Assembly: GCA_000165425.1 (NCBI GenBank)
Contig: CT868031.1
Span: 124,001-188,000 of the forward strand
DNA from: Paramecium tetraurelia
Lineage: Eukaryota
DNA length: 64,000 nt
Direction: 5' to 3'
Part shown: in pieces, positions 27,179 to 41,280 of the stretch
How the letters are laid out: each line of letters opens with the position of its first letter
How positions within the stretch are numbered: the stretch's first letter is position 1
Notes under the pieces: model-generated
What the model saw: only the letters and a program-made list of their open reading frames with translations
Database searches by the model: none
Told to the model about the DNA's origin: nothing
Translations under genes and position numbers: made by a program

Positions 27179-28432
27179 ATGAAATTGTAAAATATTCGAA
27201 CTATTGATTTCAGCAAGGCTAACAAATAGATTAAGGATCTATCTCATAAATTTTTATAGAGCAAGATGCTTAGAAAGAACAAGGAGAATTTCAATCCAAA
27301 TACTAGTCATTAGGATGCTGCAGCAAAATTATTATTGGAAGCCTTGCAAAAACCAATACTGAGACATCTTAGGGATTTGATAAGGATTAAGGAGTCAGTT
27401 GTTTGTGAGAGGAATATTTTCGACGAGGTTTGTTCGATGGGCGTAAGTGAGAACAGTGACATTGGAGAAGGATTCAAGATTTCCTTTGCCAATCTGAGAA
27501 TCAAATAAGAGAGCATAGTGGATTGCGAGAGTATTCAGCCTACGAATGCACCGATATTGTTGTTTATGGTGATTCAGAACATAAGGAAGAAGAAGATGAT
27601 AATCTCATTCTAAGAAATCAAATTTTTTATACTGCAAAGAAGCTTGAGCTCTGTGAACAAAAGACTGGAATATGCGAAACACGAATAATTGCGTAAGATT
27701 ATTGTTAACAAAACAAAGTAGGAATAATTGTTACTTTAAGTATACTTGAAGTATTGGTCACAACAAACACAGCTGCTCATATTTTTTGATCATTTTGGTT
27801 CAAAAATAAGGAAAATATACAAAAATAAATTGAATGAATATTTAATTGCATTGAAGTAGCAAATCGCAAAGAGAGAGGCAGCCTAACATTTGGTTAAGAT
27901 TATAAATGGGAAATTATTTGAATATGGACAAAATTTGAATAGAGTGAAAAACAATTTGCATTTGTAAAATTGTTTAAAGAGGGTGTGGATAAGACAATTG
28001 AGAAGTTCATTTTAATAATTGTAATCTAAAAGACACAGATCTCCTGTCATTTTTGAATTGATGAATAGATTTCAAAATAATTTATTGAGATAGAGTTTAA
28101 AGATCTTCTAATTGCATGTGTTGAGATAGAAGAGGAGGATCAAATCATTTTCATATGGCTTCGAAGATCTCAATAAAATAATGAATAAATTAGATTATAA
28201 ATTGGGTTTTGTTAAGCTCCAAAATAAAAACTAAAAATAATAAAGGATGTTGCCAACTAAATATTTAATAATGATCCTCAAAAGAATACAGGATAGGCAA
28301 AAACATTGGGTTTTGCGAAAATTAAATTAATGAAATATAATAATTAAAATTATTGTCAATTTAACTATTGTGAGAGTGAGTTCAAATGTGAGGTAACTGG
28401 ATTTGAATTTCCTTTAATAGTCGGAATTCTGA
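27179..28432 (+). CDS. Hypothetical protein
   Basis: ATG after an AT-rich leader, long code-6 frames and candidate short introns (~27693, ~28393); no family recognised. Confidence 0.65.
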
Positions 28433-28498
28433 ATTGTATTAAGTGTCTCTTTATCCATTAATTAATAAATATATATATAAAAGATTTAATTTGCATCA

Positions 28499-29561
28499 AT
28501 GGTTCGACTTGAGAAACTTGTCTATGAACAATTAGTCAATATCCGTGCTTTGAAAAGAGAGAGAATTATAGGATCACCAAGAAAATGGTACTCTGAACCT
28601 CGTACTCCAGCAATGACTCTTTAAGCAGTCAAATTATTCACATCAGGATGGACTGGATTAATCTACAAATTCGTTGAGCCTCTGTTTGCAAGGTAAAGGG
28701 ATTTGGAATACAACCAATAGATTCTTGTACCGATGGATGAGAAATATCGGATTAGATCGAGGAGTGGCCATGGAAGACTTAGTGTTATTCTAAGATAGAG
28801 AATTGAGAAGAGACCCCTTATTTGAACACATTTAGAGAGAGGGATTCCATCCATACACTTGGATTTTGTTCAATAAGAGAAGAGCAAGATTTTCAAAAGT
28901 AGAAAGAGGTGTAAGAGGATCCACTGCACCTGAATGGTTATAAGCTGAAGCAAGAGAACGTACATTGGCTGATAGTGTTGAAAATATTTATGAATGGGAC
29001 AATTACGTATATCAAAATTACATGAGTGACATGACATCCAACTGCAAGAGGAACTATATTGTAGAAGTTATTACCATTGGAATGGTTCCTCTTTTTCGGT
29101 CTTTTGAGAGTTGATTCATGGGATAGATACTTCTATAATGAAGTCATGTACAAGGGATTGGAATACTCAAAAGAATAATTGGCTAACATTCCTAAACCAT
29201 TCAAGGCTTAATTAAGTACTTATTCAATATTAATCAATTTCTATAGCCACTGAGGAAGGCAGAAGACAATTTGAAGTCAATGTCAACAGATTTATTGATC
29301 TCTATCCAGGAGCAATCGTTAGAGAGGGGTAATACTATTACATTAAGATTTTAGTGAAAAAATTTTGATTTCTAAAGATTCTATGCTCTTGAAGCAATCA
29401 ATAATAATAGAGACCTCAGCAAATTTGATTCATCTTTGATTGCCCAATTGAAATCAGAACTCACTCAATAGGTTGCTTTGAAGACAAGCACTAAAGTTAA
29501 GAAACAAAGAGCCTCCTTCCCAAGTTGGTTATAGTAAGATGGAAAGGGACTCTTAGCATGA
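28499..29561 (+). CDS. Ciliate-specific mitochondrial respiratory-chain subunit, probably complex III UQCRTT1-like (apparent +1 frameshift at ~29037)
   Basis: MVRLEKLVYEQLVNIRA...DRELRR...HPYTWILFNKRRARFSKVERGVRG...WDRYFYNE...KFDFQRFYALE resembles, from memory, a Tetrahymena respiratory supercomplex subunit; three short introns. The exact subunit name needs BLAST confirmation. Confidence 0.65.
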
Positions 29562-29687
29562 TCTATTACATAACATATATAATAAAAATAATATTTTACA
29601 ATAATAACATATTAATAATAATAGGATTCAAATTTTTGTACCATTAATTGAAGAAAGTCTATCTAATTTTTAGCAATCATAATAAAA

Positions 29688-31505
29688 ATGAAAAAATGTG
29701 AAGCTAAACAACATCAAAAATTAGCATAATTTCATTCGCTTTTAGAAATTGATAGTGTAAAAGATTAGATGTTGGTGTCCTATCAATAAGACTTTTAATA
29801 ATTAAAACGCTTTTACGCAAACTTTGATCCTAATTATATACAATGGTTAAATGAAGTCTATAGAATGTCATTTGAACCTATTTATAATACTGAGGAAATT
29901 CTAAGGAATGTTAAAAATGGATTAAGGAATTTTGAGGACACCTTAAAATAGAATATTAGGAAAAATCTCATTTAATTATTGTACCTTCAAAGGCCAGTGC
30001 CTGCTATATTCGTATTTCTCAAGATCTCATCAACTTCATTTGAAATTGTATATAAAGAGGATTTCTTAGTAATTTTACATACAATGTTGCAAAAAGCCAA
30101 TTTTGATTCTCAATCTGATCTCTACTAAAAACTGTATAATAGTTTGATTGAAACTAATGATGAAGAAATCATCTTGTAAAGTATTAAACTTTTAAATAAG
30201 AAATTTGAACTTGCAAGTTAATTGAATCAGAAGTAATTCGAAGTCTTTGATAAGATATCCAATCAATTCAATAAAATCGATTTCTCAGAATCTAAAGAAG
30301 TTATTATTTAAATCGTAAAGAATTTCTAGGAATTCCAGGAAAAATTAAAAAACAAAAGGGCAAGTTTGGATTAGGTGAAATCTGAGAAATTCCCTTAATT
30401 TGTACTTAAAGTTGTGCTGATGTTACTGAAAGAATAAGAAATCGTTGTTCCAGAACTCCTTTTATTTTTATGCTTTAAAGAATCTCAGAAAAAAAAGAAA
30501 TCCATTGCAATCAAAGCACAAGTTAAGGAAATTTTAAGGTTTTTTGCCCTTCCTCGTTTGAAACCATGTTTGGATCACTTGAAAATAGATGATAGCATAT
30601 TTACCAAAGGAGCTAGTGGGTATGACAGGTTGTATTAATTATGTGAGAAAGAATACCCCATTTTTCTTAATATCAAACTTGCTGGAGCATTAGTATCCTA
30701 TATTGAATACCTGCATTAGACTACCCATATAAACACTTAATAGTTTTTAAATGTATTTGATAATCCTGAGTTTAACAATTTCTTATAATAAATTTGGAAT
30801 ATTTGTGGGAAAGAAATCCAATAATTGTTATAGAATATCCTAATAGAAGATTTGGAGTACACAAAGTATGGTTCAAATATCCTTCGAATAGGAACATTTT
30901 TGTATCGAACCAAATTCAAATTGGAGAAAAGGAAAGTGAACATAATGGAGAAGGGATATGATGTGGAGGAGCAATCGTTGGAGAAACGAACATATGGAGT
31001 AACCGAAAGAAGTATGAATCCCTTATTCAAGACATTCATCACTGATTTAGTGCATAGGAGAAAACCATTCCCATTATTGCTCAAAACATTGAAAATGGAT
31101 TTATATAACTTGAAGGTTGGATATAGGGTTACTGAGATGAGGGAATTGGTGGGGGATCCTAAATTCAAAAAGCATATGAAAGAAAAACATGGGCTAGTTT
31201 GGAATAGGGAAGATCCCGAGGAGAATCTGGATCACATCATTGCCAGACAATAGCCAATTAAGGTAAGTAACAACGGTAAGAAATACGAACTGAATTGGCC
31301 TAGATTAATCAAGAAATAGGCTAAACTAATTTATGATAGTAGAGAACAATTAAAGGCTTAATTATTGGATGTTTATGGGAATTAGAATTTCAATAAGGTT
31401 TACAATGAATTGATTAAATTAAATGATAATAATAAAAAAAAAATGTAAACAAAAGAAATCTTAATGAACTTGGTTGCATATATTAAATCTATAAAAGTGG
31501 AGTGA
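29688..31505 (+). CDS. Hypothetical ~600 aa helical protein
   Basis: Long continuous code-6 ORF that includes track ORF 30852-31253; start uncertain; no family recognised. Confidence 0.75.
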
Positions 31506-31613
31506 TTGAATTTTTTTATTAATTTTATAATTGTATCGTACAAGGATATCTTCAACTATTATGATTGCAATTATAATATTAAATTATAAAAAGGTTCTCT
31601 GTAAGCAACCTTT

Positions 31614-34600
31614 ATGTATTTGATTATCTACTTGCTTTTCCACCATATTTAGGGCTAATGCTATTAGAAGTATAAGGATTAGACCATATATTTATCTCCT
31701 GGAGAGACATTAAAATTGGATTTGTAAAATTACATATACGGTAAGCAACTTCAGTATTCATCCTCTAATGATTGTCTGGAGAACAAATTGAACTAGAAAA
31801 ACATAACCATAGCCAATATATAATTATCGGATTACTCCGAATATAGTTTGTGCTATGATCCTAAAAGTGGAGTTTGTAATATACAAGACATTTATTATTA
31901 TTATAGAGTTTGGATAAACAGTGCATATGTATGTTAGAGATTACTAAGTGACTATAGCATTTTACAATATCACTGACACTCTGTAGAAACCCACCTATAA
32001 AACCAACTTTAAAATCGATCGAGTATTTCAATTGATTATGTGTGTAGAACAGTGAGTGCACCAATGTGTTATGCATGAGATTAAATTTGGGGTTGATCGA
32101 ATGCAACCATAAAACCAAAGAGCAATCAACCATCTATTTGATCGATGCACTATTGCAGTAAACTTAAATCTTTTTTCTATAAACTAATCAATTGGGCCCT
32201 ATCTAGTAATTGATATCATAATAAATAGGGCAGGAATGACCAATTACAACAACGAGGACGTCGTGACTTACTATAAGATGGTCAATTTCATCAACAACAG
32301 TAGAATTGACATGTATAGTATAAATGTTACATCCAAAGAACTTACCACCTTCACCATAATAGACAAATTAATTTTCAAGTTGTAATCGTTGAACATATAC
32401 AATTTCTTGATTTACAATTCAGCCATCTACGTTTTATCAAAAGAACTGGGAGTCTGTTATATTAGGAATCAACCATACAATTATTGTTGGAAGTTTAATG
32501 ACGTCTTCAATGTCTTCAGTGTCTACATCCAATAAAATGGATTTCACAATATACTTTTGGGATCTACTACAACTTCTGATATCTTTAAAGCGTATTTGTT
32601 GGATGACGATACCTACAAAATCAATCAGATTTACAAGTTATCAAAAAATATGACCTTTTCATAAATATTCCACAACGATAAATACAGTTTCATTATTGGA
32701 CACAAAAATAACAACACTAGGAGGTATTTCATTGAAATTTACAGTCAAATGGACGACTTCACATCCAATTTGTATAAGACTATTGAAATCGCTTCCTCCA
32801 AAGAGTTATTCTATTTTGATAGTCTAAACAGTATGATGAAATTATTAATTTAGATAATGCCTATGCAATTAACAATAAGTCCATCTTCATTATCACCCCA
32901 TAAGTCTCATATCTCACTATTGATGATGGTCAATGCTTTGATGAAACCATTGAAATCAAAGCATAGGTTCCTTCTATGGAGTTGGATACCATCTGCAATT
33001 TCATATTCCATGTTATCAAACTGGAGGAAGGCAGCCAAGATATTTATGACAAATCAGAATTGGAACACTCACTAATAGTCCTAAATCAGAGTATTAATAA
33101 TTTTTATTTGAATAATTTTGTGATCGGTCCCAACGTCAACTATTATTTATACAATACATCATTAGAGAATTCAAATGAAAATGATTTTGAGAAAATCAAA
33201 TTCAAAGAGCAATTTACAATTTCATATGCCCAAACAATGGAAATCACTTCTATTATCTACAATCGTGCATTTAAGTCTGTGATTGGAGATCAATACATTC
33301 AAATAATCTAATGGAGAGACTTAACTCTCCAAATATTTAATTGCGTTATCCCTGGAAGTGAGAAGGACATCAATTGCGTTTATAAATAAAACTTCAAACT
33401 GTTAGATTCAGTCTTGTAAATTGTCAGCGGATTGTAGTGTTCAACTGAATGCTTCGTTATCAGACAGCAAAAAAGAGCAGATCTTTACATTGAGTATAAT
33501 AATAAGTTTATATTTACCAATTGTTTCATTGAATCACAATACAATATCCAGACAATTAAATTGCATTTAGAAAAGTATTTAGTAGAATTAGAAAACAATA
33601 AGATTCAAGTATGAATTCATATTAAATAGATATTCTTGCCAACTTATAGATAAACAATGACTTGCAATTTCGAAAAGGTTTTCGAGATTGATTCTCTTTA
33701 ATTAGAGGAACTTATAAATACAACAAGGACAATCAATATATTTAATGTTAAAACTAATATCAACATTTACAACATCTACATTTCAACTAATTTAGGTCTA
33801 ATCATCATAGATCCAGGCTTGTTGAGGTTCCAACAAGTTCAGTTAATTGCATTCGTTTAATTTAATTAATAATTTGACACAGTACTATAAGTGATTAGAG
33901 ATCGTATCATCACATTATAGTATAAATAGATAACGATTATCAATCTAGTCTAATAAAATTTCTATTACACTGAAAAAACATTGCCTAATTTCAATTTTAC
34001 GATCACAAATATAACAAATTCATAAGTGGCTTTTTCTCAAAATTATTTGTATTTGCAAGCAAAAGATGCTAATTACACTGATGTTATAATAGTTTACAAA
34101 GTGGATGAACCTGAAATTTCATCTTTTCATACATACTTTATTAAAAATAATAATTTAGATTTTAGCTTAATATAAAAATAAGATGACGAAGTATTTTTAA
34201 TACAGTTGTTCGAGGCCCAAAAATTATACAGTTAAGTTAATTTATAGTTCAAATCATCTTAGTCAAAAATAATTAAGGTTGTGTTTTAAGGGTTTAAAAG
34301 TTATGCAAAATTAATGGATATAAATGTCAATGTGAAAACTGCAGAGAAGCAATATAATCTTTCACTACTAATCAATGAAACATAAAGCATAATTTATGAT
34401 GATTCGATTTCAGACTTCATCAAATTAGATGGATATAATGACTTCATTGATGGAAGTGTAAGTGAATGGTCAATCAAGTGTTTTTCTTGCTAAAAAGAAT
34501 TAGAACTCATCAATAACATCAACTATAACCAATATTTAACATAAATCCCAAATGCGACTTAAATTAAACATACTGTTGATTACGTGCTTATCTAATAGGA

Positions 34601-35961
34601 GTAGAGCATAATTGCAATTGATAATTTTGGAATGGTCAAATTTTACATTCCATTACCTGTGTCTGAATACTCAACAAAGTGTACTTCCATAACTGCCAAT
34701 ACTTGGGAAAACAAAACCAAGTTAGTCGTATCTGTGTGTAATACAAAATCATAAGCTTAATTTTATATTACATCATTTCTAAGTTCGTTACCTGTCCCTA
34801 TGGGTCCTTTCTATTCCCCTTTAGTAATTAACCAAATCACTCATATAAGAATGTTAAATGAAATATTGTTTATTTTAGATGTAGTGACAGAATACGTCTA
34901 CTTGTTTAATCTAACAATTGATGAAAATTAGGCGGATTCTTTGAGAGTGATGAACAGATTAAATGCTAGAGAATTCACTGCTGACAAAGGCCAAGTTTTT
35001 ATAAGTTTTGATGTAGCCTATAATGAAGAGACTTACCTACTATTTTTGCTCACAAATTCATCATGTAAAGCATACAAATTACAATAGAATTTATCATTTA
35101 TACCTATCCTCAAGATTTTGCTTATACTCTAGATTTGATATTCTTCTTATCTGAATAAGGATTTACAGACTTACCATCCAACATAGTACCGTAATCTTTG
35201 ATAGTAGCGGAGACAGCACAGAAGGATGAATTACAATATTACAGAATCATAGTGGCTAATCAAAATTTTCATCATTACGAATTAGAGATTTCAATTGGAT
35301 ATCCAGACAATTCAATTAAATTCAAATTCGTAAGGGCTTACATGTAATATGGATATTTCTACGCTAACGGAAAGATTCGAGTCTCAGAAGAGACTCAGGG
35401 ATTCTTCGGTTTGATTTACCAAAATCCTTTAGATGAAAAATAGAAGCTATTGATTGTGTATGATAGGTTTAGTAAAAGCTAAGAAAAACTTCGTAAGATT
35501 CTTGGAGGATATAAGATATGTTCAAATAATTAAATGTAAATATTATAATGATTGTTAAGACTGTTTGATTTTTTGCATTTTAAGAAGAGGAACGATGAGT
35601 TTTCATATGGTATCATCTTGTAAGATGGGCCTGTCTTGAGTTCTTTGACTTTATCGAGATATTTGGCTATTAAAGTAAATTTCAAGGAATTTCAAACTCA
35701 AAACATTACCTTCAATGCTTCGAATGACTTTGGAAAATGGGTTAGTTTTAAAGCAGATATTTATAATAGAGCAGGATAAGTAAGAGATGATAAAATATAA
35801 ATTAGGCAAATTTACTTTTGATAATGTTGTCTTTGGCGATTGTTGTATTTATAGTGATATTCTCATCTTGGTTATATGTAATGAACAAACTGAAAAAACT
35901 CTAAGTTAAAGAGTTGGATGCGATAATGGAAGAGGAGGAAATAGTTAAAGAAAGTCAATGA
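31614..35961 (+). CDS. Large type-I single-pass membrane protein (~1400 aa), uncharacterised
   Basis: Signal peptide MYLIIYLLFHHIQG; long beta-rich ectodomain; C-terminal TM LSLAIVVFIVIFSSWLYVM and short acidic tail; several short introns. Confidence 0.8.
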
Positions 35962-36023
35962 TTTTTATTTATAAATATTTTATTTAAGAATAATGATCTA
36001 ATTGAATATATGCTAGATGAATA

Positions 36024-37046
36024 TCAATTTTTTGGCTTTGGAGGATTCCACATTTAAGTTAATGTATCTTGGACCAAAAGTGTAATCATGGCATGAGGTC
36101 CCACTCTGGTGTAGAAGACTGGCAACCCAACCCATAATCCTGTCACGCCTTCTCTTGAAATAGTCTAGAGTTTGTAAATGGGACATAAATACTTTGAGGA
36201 AGCAATCTCCAATGTTTTTGTAAGGGAATTGTCCTGTTGTTGGATCTTTTTTCATTCTTTAAAGTTTGGTTTTGAGATTGTCTGGAGGCAAGGAAGCAAT
36301 GGCACATCCGATACCAGCTGCAGCAGAGGACCTATGAGAATATGGGGAGAAATTTACAGGAGTTTATCTGAGTAGTCTTCCTTTCCTTTTCCATGAAGTG
36401 AGACAATAATGTCTTTGATCTGATCGTAGGTTGTTAACATGCCTAAAAATAAATCAGTTGTTGGATTACTTAAGTTCATGGCGATGGCTCTGATTACTGT
36501 GGGCAAGGATCCTCTCCAGAGAGTGATGAGTCCCTCCTCACTAACGATTCTGTAGAGAGCGTCAAACACGTTTTTATAATTTCTTCTTTATGCCTCTGGT
36601 AAGAGGGTGTCGGCTTGAAATCTAACCAAACATAAATCAGCTGGATTTCCTACTATGGATCCAACAAAGCCAGAAAATGAAGATGCTAAACATCTTTCCC
36701 AGAAGATCATGCTTCTACCATGTGTTCTTTTATAATGATCATCTATGGCTCTATATAATCCCAAACGAGTGGTAGCATAAGTGACTTATCTAAGAAGAGC
36801 TGCTCCAATTCTAATAATATATATTATTTCTAACCCTTTGTAAAATCCGAAGGGTCCTTCTGTTTTGACGATGTCTTTGATAATTTCAAGAGTGTTGACA
36901 TTCACAGCCTATCCTTGTCCTTTGAGTTCGCTTCTGACTTGAATACGCACTTTAACAGTATCCATAGGTTGGACGAAGGTTGTGGCTGTACATCCTGACA
37001 TACCTCCGATTAAAAAAGGAGATATTAATTCAAACCATGTTGGCAT
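36024..37046 (-). CDS. Mitochondrial carrier, 2-oxoglutarate/malate (di/tricarboxylate) type
   Basis: Three SLC25 repeats: QPMDTVKVRIQ, LLRQVTYATTRLGLY, GNPADLCLVRFQADTLLPEAQRRNYKNVFDALYRI, LPPDNLKTKLQRM, FYTRVGPHAMIT; four short introns. Confidence 0.95.
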
Positions 37047-37545
37047 ATCTAATTTTATTTATATTAAATAATTCTTAAGGTGCTGCAGGATAAATCAGAA
37101 AATAACATTAAGCATAAATTATCATACGCATTATTGAAGATAGAGAAAATCAAAATTATGGAGTGATTTGAAAATTTATTTAAAAATTACCTAAAAATCG
37201 AAAATTAACAATCACTTTTGAACACAATAACAACATCTACTCTTATAAATGCACTTCTGCTACTCTTTAAGATTATCCATGTTGAGAGTTTTGAATTATA
37301 TTAATGTTTAATTTAAAAAGGGGATTGTTTAAACATTGATACTTTTGAAATTAAGTATCTCAAGTGATAAATTATAGATTCTTGAAACCATATAAGTGTT
37401 CAATAGACAGAACATCAACCTCTGAGAATTAACCTCTATTTCCTTCTTATTATTTATAGGTGTTAGCATTCTTATATTAAAATTAATCAAATGCTCGTTT
37501 TATTATCTATTTAAATTAATATATAATGCATATTATATGTATAAA

Positions 37546-38687
37546 TCATTCCGATAGTTTTTGGTTAATATATTCTATCAATCTATCAACGATGTCAATT
37601 TCAGTTTATCTAGTTATTCATTACAATATTATACCTGCTAACTTTTTAATTGCTATATTCTTGATCTTCTAATTCATTGATTCTGGTGGCATCTTGAATA
37701 TTTAGTTAAGTCACTTCGACTATGGCATTTGAAATATTTATTAATCCATCCAATTCATTTAATCTTGATTGGATCTCCTTCAATCTATTATTAGCAGTTG
37801 CCAAGGACACTTATAAGGTTTGCTTCTCATTTCTCAAATCATCCCCTAATCTACTAAGATTATCCACTTGAGTCTTGTGATTGGATTCCAATTGATCTTA
37901 GCCTTCTTGTAATGCAGTAATCAATCTTGCAACAAGACTAAGAACATTGTTCAAAGTTTCAGGATTAACCTTAGTAGTCATTTCTGCTAATCCTTCAATG
38001 ATTGGTTAAAACAAGGTGAGAGAACTCTTCTTGGTGTGAGCTTCAAGAATCTCCTTGATTTTCTAGAAGTTCTCTTTGGTTTAAATTAAATTGGATTTAG
38101 TGTCTTGTCTAAGTTGATAATCACATTAATTACGTCAATTAAATGAGGGAAGCTCCTTCTCCTCTTAAATTGAGTAACAATCTCTAAGCTTCTTTGCATG
38201 CTAATATGGCATCACTGTAATCTTAGAATTTCGTAGCGAAATCTGCATTTTCTGAGTCTAATCTAGCCTAAGCATCATTGGAGCCTCTGCCATTTCTGTC
38301 GAGTGCAGCCTAATCTTCTTTAACTCTAATTTAGAGTGTAGTTAATTCATTAGTGAGACTGGCTTATTCTTGTCTCTAATTATCAAGATCTGATTGTGCT
38401 TATTCTAAAGTGGCTTAGAGTTTGGCTAAATCAACTTATGATCTTCTGGTGAAGGTGGCATTCTCTTGGTCTTACAATTAGGTAAGTGCAATTAATTCAT
38501 CTTTAATTTGCTATAACAGTTGTTTGAGTTCATTGAGAGATCCGCCGGTCTTCATGTTGACACTCACTAAATTGATCATTGAAGATCCAAAGGGATGATC
38601 AGCATAATTTGATAATCTCTATGTGATATCTGCAACTGTTGATGCAGAGGCCACAACTATAAGTAGAACAACTAATGTTGATTTCAT
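37546..38687 (-). CDS. Trichocyst matrix protein family precursor
   Basis: Signal peptide MKSTLVVLLIVVASA; NYADHPFGSSMINLVSVNMKTGGSLNELKQLL and LFQPIIEGLAEMTTKV in the helical TMP layout; two short introns. Confidence 0.85.
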
Positions 38688-38749
38688 TTATATAATTAAA
38701 ACAAAAAACGAATTGTTATTCAAGTAAACTATATTAGACTTAACACAAA

Positions 38750-39720
38750 CATGAAAAGACATATGATACTTTTAGTTCTAGATCATGATATCTCATTTTC
38801 AAATTGTATTTTTTCAATAAGTTATGAATTAATATTTTGCAATTGAGTGTTTTCAAAAAGTAATTCTAATTTCTCGTTTCCAACCAAAAAACTAATTAGA
38901 CTGTTAGCACATCTAACTCTTTATTCAACTTTATTGTTTTTTTAATTTTCCTTCACTTTAGGATTAATTAGTATTAAATGTTTTATTACTGTATTTTAAT
39001 AACTAAATTATCAGAATTAACAATTATGAAAATTAACTCTTTTATATAATTCTTTTAATCATTTCACTCTCAGTTATACATAACTTGTTATGACAGCTTA
39101 AAAAATATACAGGTAATTACTGTATTTTTACCTAAATTATCAACAACTTTTCTGATTGCAGGATTATCATTTAACTTTGCTTAATAGAGAACATTATCCC
39201 TCGTTACTGCTTGATAAATCTATACATCTTTTAAATTTAAATACAAATTCCCCAAACTATTTATATCATGTATTTAATTATAACCTATATGGATTGATTA
39301 TACTACTTATAAAATATCTATATTCTTATCTACTTATATTATTCACATAATCAATTGATTTATATGACAAAGATAAGTGGCATACCTCAATTTTACATAT
39401 TCAATCCTTGATAAATAGTCTACAAAATATCTCATGATTTTTTTTCTATATTACACTTGTAAAATATATAATTTCGTTTAAATTCTTCCTCTTGATAATC
39501 CATAGTGTTCAAATACATACTAATTGGTCCCTAATGCAAGTAGAATCTTAGCTCATATATTATTTTCTTAAAGTGAATTGATTAAATTGACATTAAAATT
39601 TGATGATTGTACTGCTTTAGTCATGTTGATAAGAAAGAATGGTTAAATATCATTGATTTGAATTTCAAACATCATAATCCATTTCCATTATGAAGACGTA
39701 CAAGCATTTAATGTAATACG
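38750..39720 (-). pseudogene. Probable decayed gene remnant
   Basis: Gap of about 1 kb with coding-like minus-strand segments interrupted by many TGAs; family not recognisable. Confidence 0.3.
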
Positions 39721-39765
39721 ACTAATTGGGGTTTAGGTTGCGTTTAATTATATAATAAATTATAA

Positions 39766-41149
39766 TCACTTGACATTGAATTAATTTTATATTAACACTG
39801 AACAATTTTCAATGGCTTGTTTATCGGCATTATCAAAAACCAGTGATCCACTCTGATAATTGCTAATCATAATCTTACGATAAGTTTTAAATAGTAAAAT
39901 CATAATTTATACACCAAAATTTATTGAATATTATTATAATATCTTTTACTATTAAATTAATTCTCTTTCATCTTCCTTATTATAAATTTATTCAATATTA
40001 GCACATACCAATCTCGATCTCTATCCTTACAAATATTATTTGCATTAATCTAATTTCAAACTCTCCAATTTCTCCAGTTGTCTCTCCATTAAATCAAATA
40101 TCTTATACAAAAACTATTTCTTTTTGATTAGCTCAGTCATAACATTGCTTTCATTTGTTCCAGTTTTCAATCTATTTGTGCTGATTGATCTAATTGGAGA
40201 CGCTTAAGTGCTAGTAGTCTTGCAATGCTCTGCCAAATTTTACTATGAGTATTGCTTCTGCATTTGGGTTTTCTTTACACTTATAGGTATACCCTTTAAA
40301 TCTGATTTCTACTGTTAACATCCCAATATTGTCTAAAATAGCTAATCCCAACCCCATCTGTCCTTCTCTTCTTTACCCAAACAACCAATCAAAATTTGCT
40401 TCGTTCTTATGTCAATCTTTGGCAAGAGTGGAAATTTCAGAGATTCATTGTCTAAACGATTTAGCAATTCAACAACATTCGAAGAATGCCATGGAGTAGT
40501 CCTATATATCATTTCATATAATATAAGGCCCAGCGACCATATGTCAGATTTGCTTGTGTAAGGCAATCTTCTTAAAATCTAAGGGGCCATATACAGTGGT
40601 GTTCCAACCAATGATGACATTGTAGAATCCACTTAGACTCTCTTTGCGAATCCGAAATCAGTTATCTTGAATATGCCATCCTATAAGAGAATGTTGGCTG
40701 GTTTCAAGTCCCTATGCACTATGCCATTCCTAAGCAATTCTTATAATCCATTTAAAATTTGTTTAAATATTTCCATGGCTCTCTCCTCCGATAGTTGACG
40801 GGGTATCAAATAGGCCTTCAAGTCCCCTCCATTACAATACTCTGTCACTATATAAATATTGTTTGTGCTATGAAATACATCCAATAATTTCACTATGTTC
40901 TAATGATTGAGTGATTTCATTATCTCCACCTCTTAGTTTATTTATTAAGAAGTGTAATCGCTTTTAATAAGATTGTTACTTATAATTTTAATAGCCACAG
41001 CTAGTAAATTAATTGTAATTATTACTTTGATCATTAGTAGTGTCTCTGGCCATATAAACATTGGCATAAGCACCTGAACCGATTTTTGCGTCATAAAGGA
41101 ATTCATAATGCTTGACTTTCTTTTTTTATTTAATTCTCTCACTTTACAT
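39766..41149 (-). CDS. Ser/Thr protein kinase, ULK/Atg1-like ciliate expansion
   Basis: IGSGAYANV, VAIK, TEYCNGGDL, HRDLKPANILL, DFGFAK, GTPLYMAPQ, SKSDIWSLG. Confidence 0.92.
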
Positions 41150-41280
41150 TAATAATAAATATTAATCTGTCCCTTCTTTTTATTATTCCTAAACTTATAA
41201 AAGAGTGTGATTCAAAATATTTTTACATTTTTATAAAAGATATAAGAATTATAATTTGTTTAATCACAATTTAAATTACC

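Noticed and set aside
21015..29045. Euplotes-style programmed ribosomal frameshifting as the cause of frame breaks
   Set aside because: No shared shift motif, and TAA/TAG are sense codons here, so stop-driven slippage does not apply; indel error is simpler.
39101..39130. Near-palindrome TACAGGTAATTACTGTA with IES-like TACAG ends
   Set aside because: Only 17 bp TA-to-TA, below the ~26 bp minimum IES size, and it interrupts no recognisable ORF.
38985..39142. Imperfect ~28-bp direct repeat (attactgtatttt...taaattatca) about 130 bp apart
   Set aside because: Only two degenerate copies in very AT-rich DNA; no array, transposase or terminal inverted repeats.
40585..40600. APQ instead of APE in the ULK-like kinase
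   Set aside because: A common variant in this ciliate kinase group; all catalytic residues are intact.
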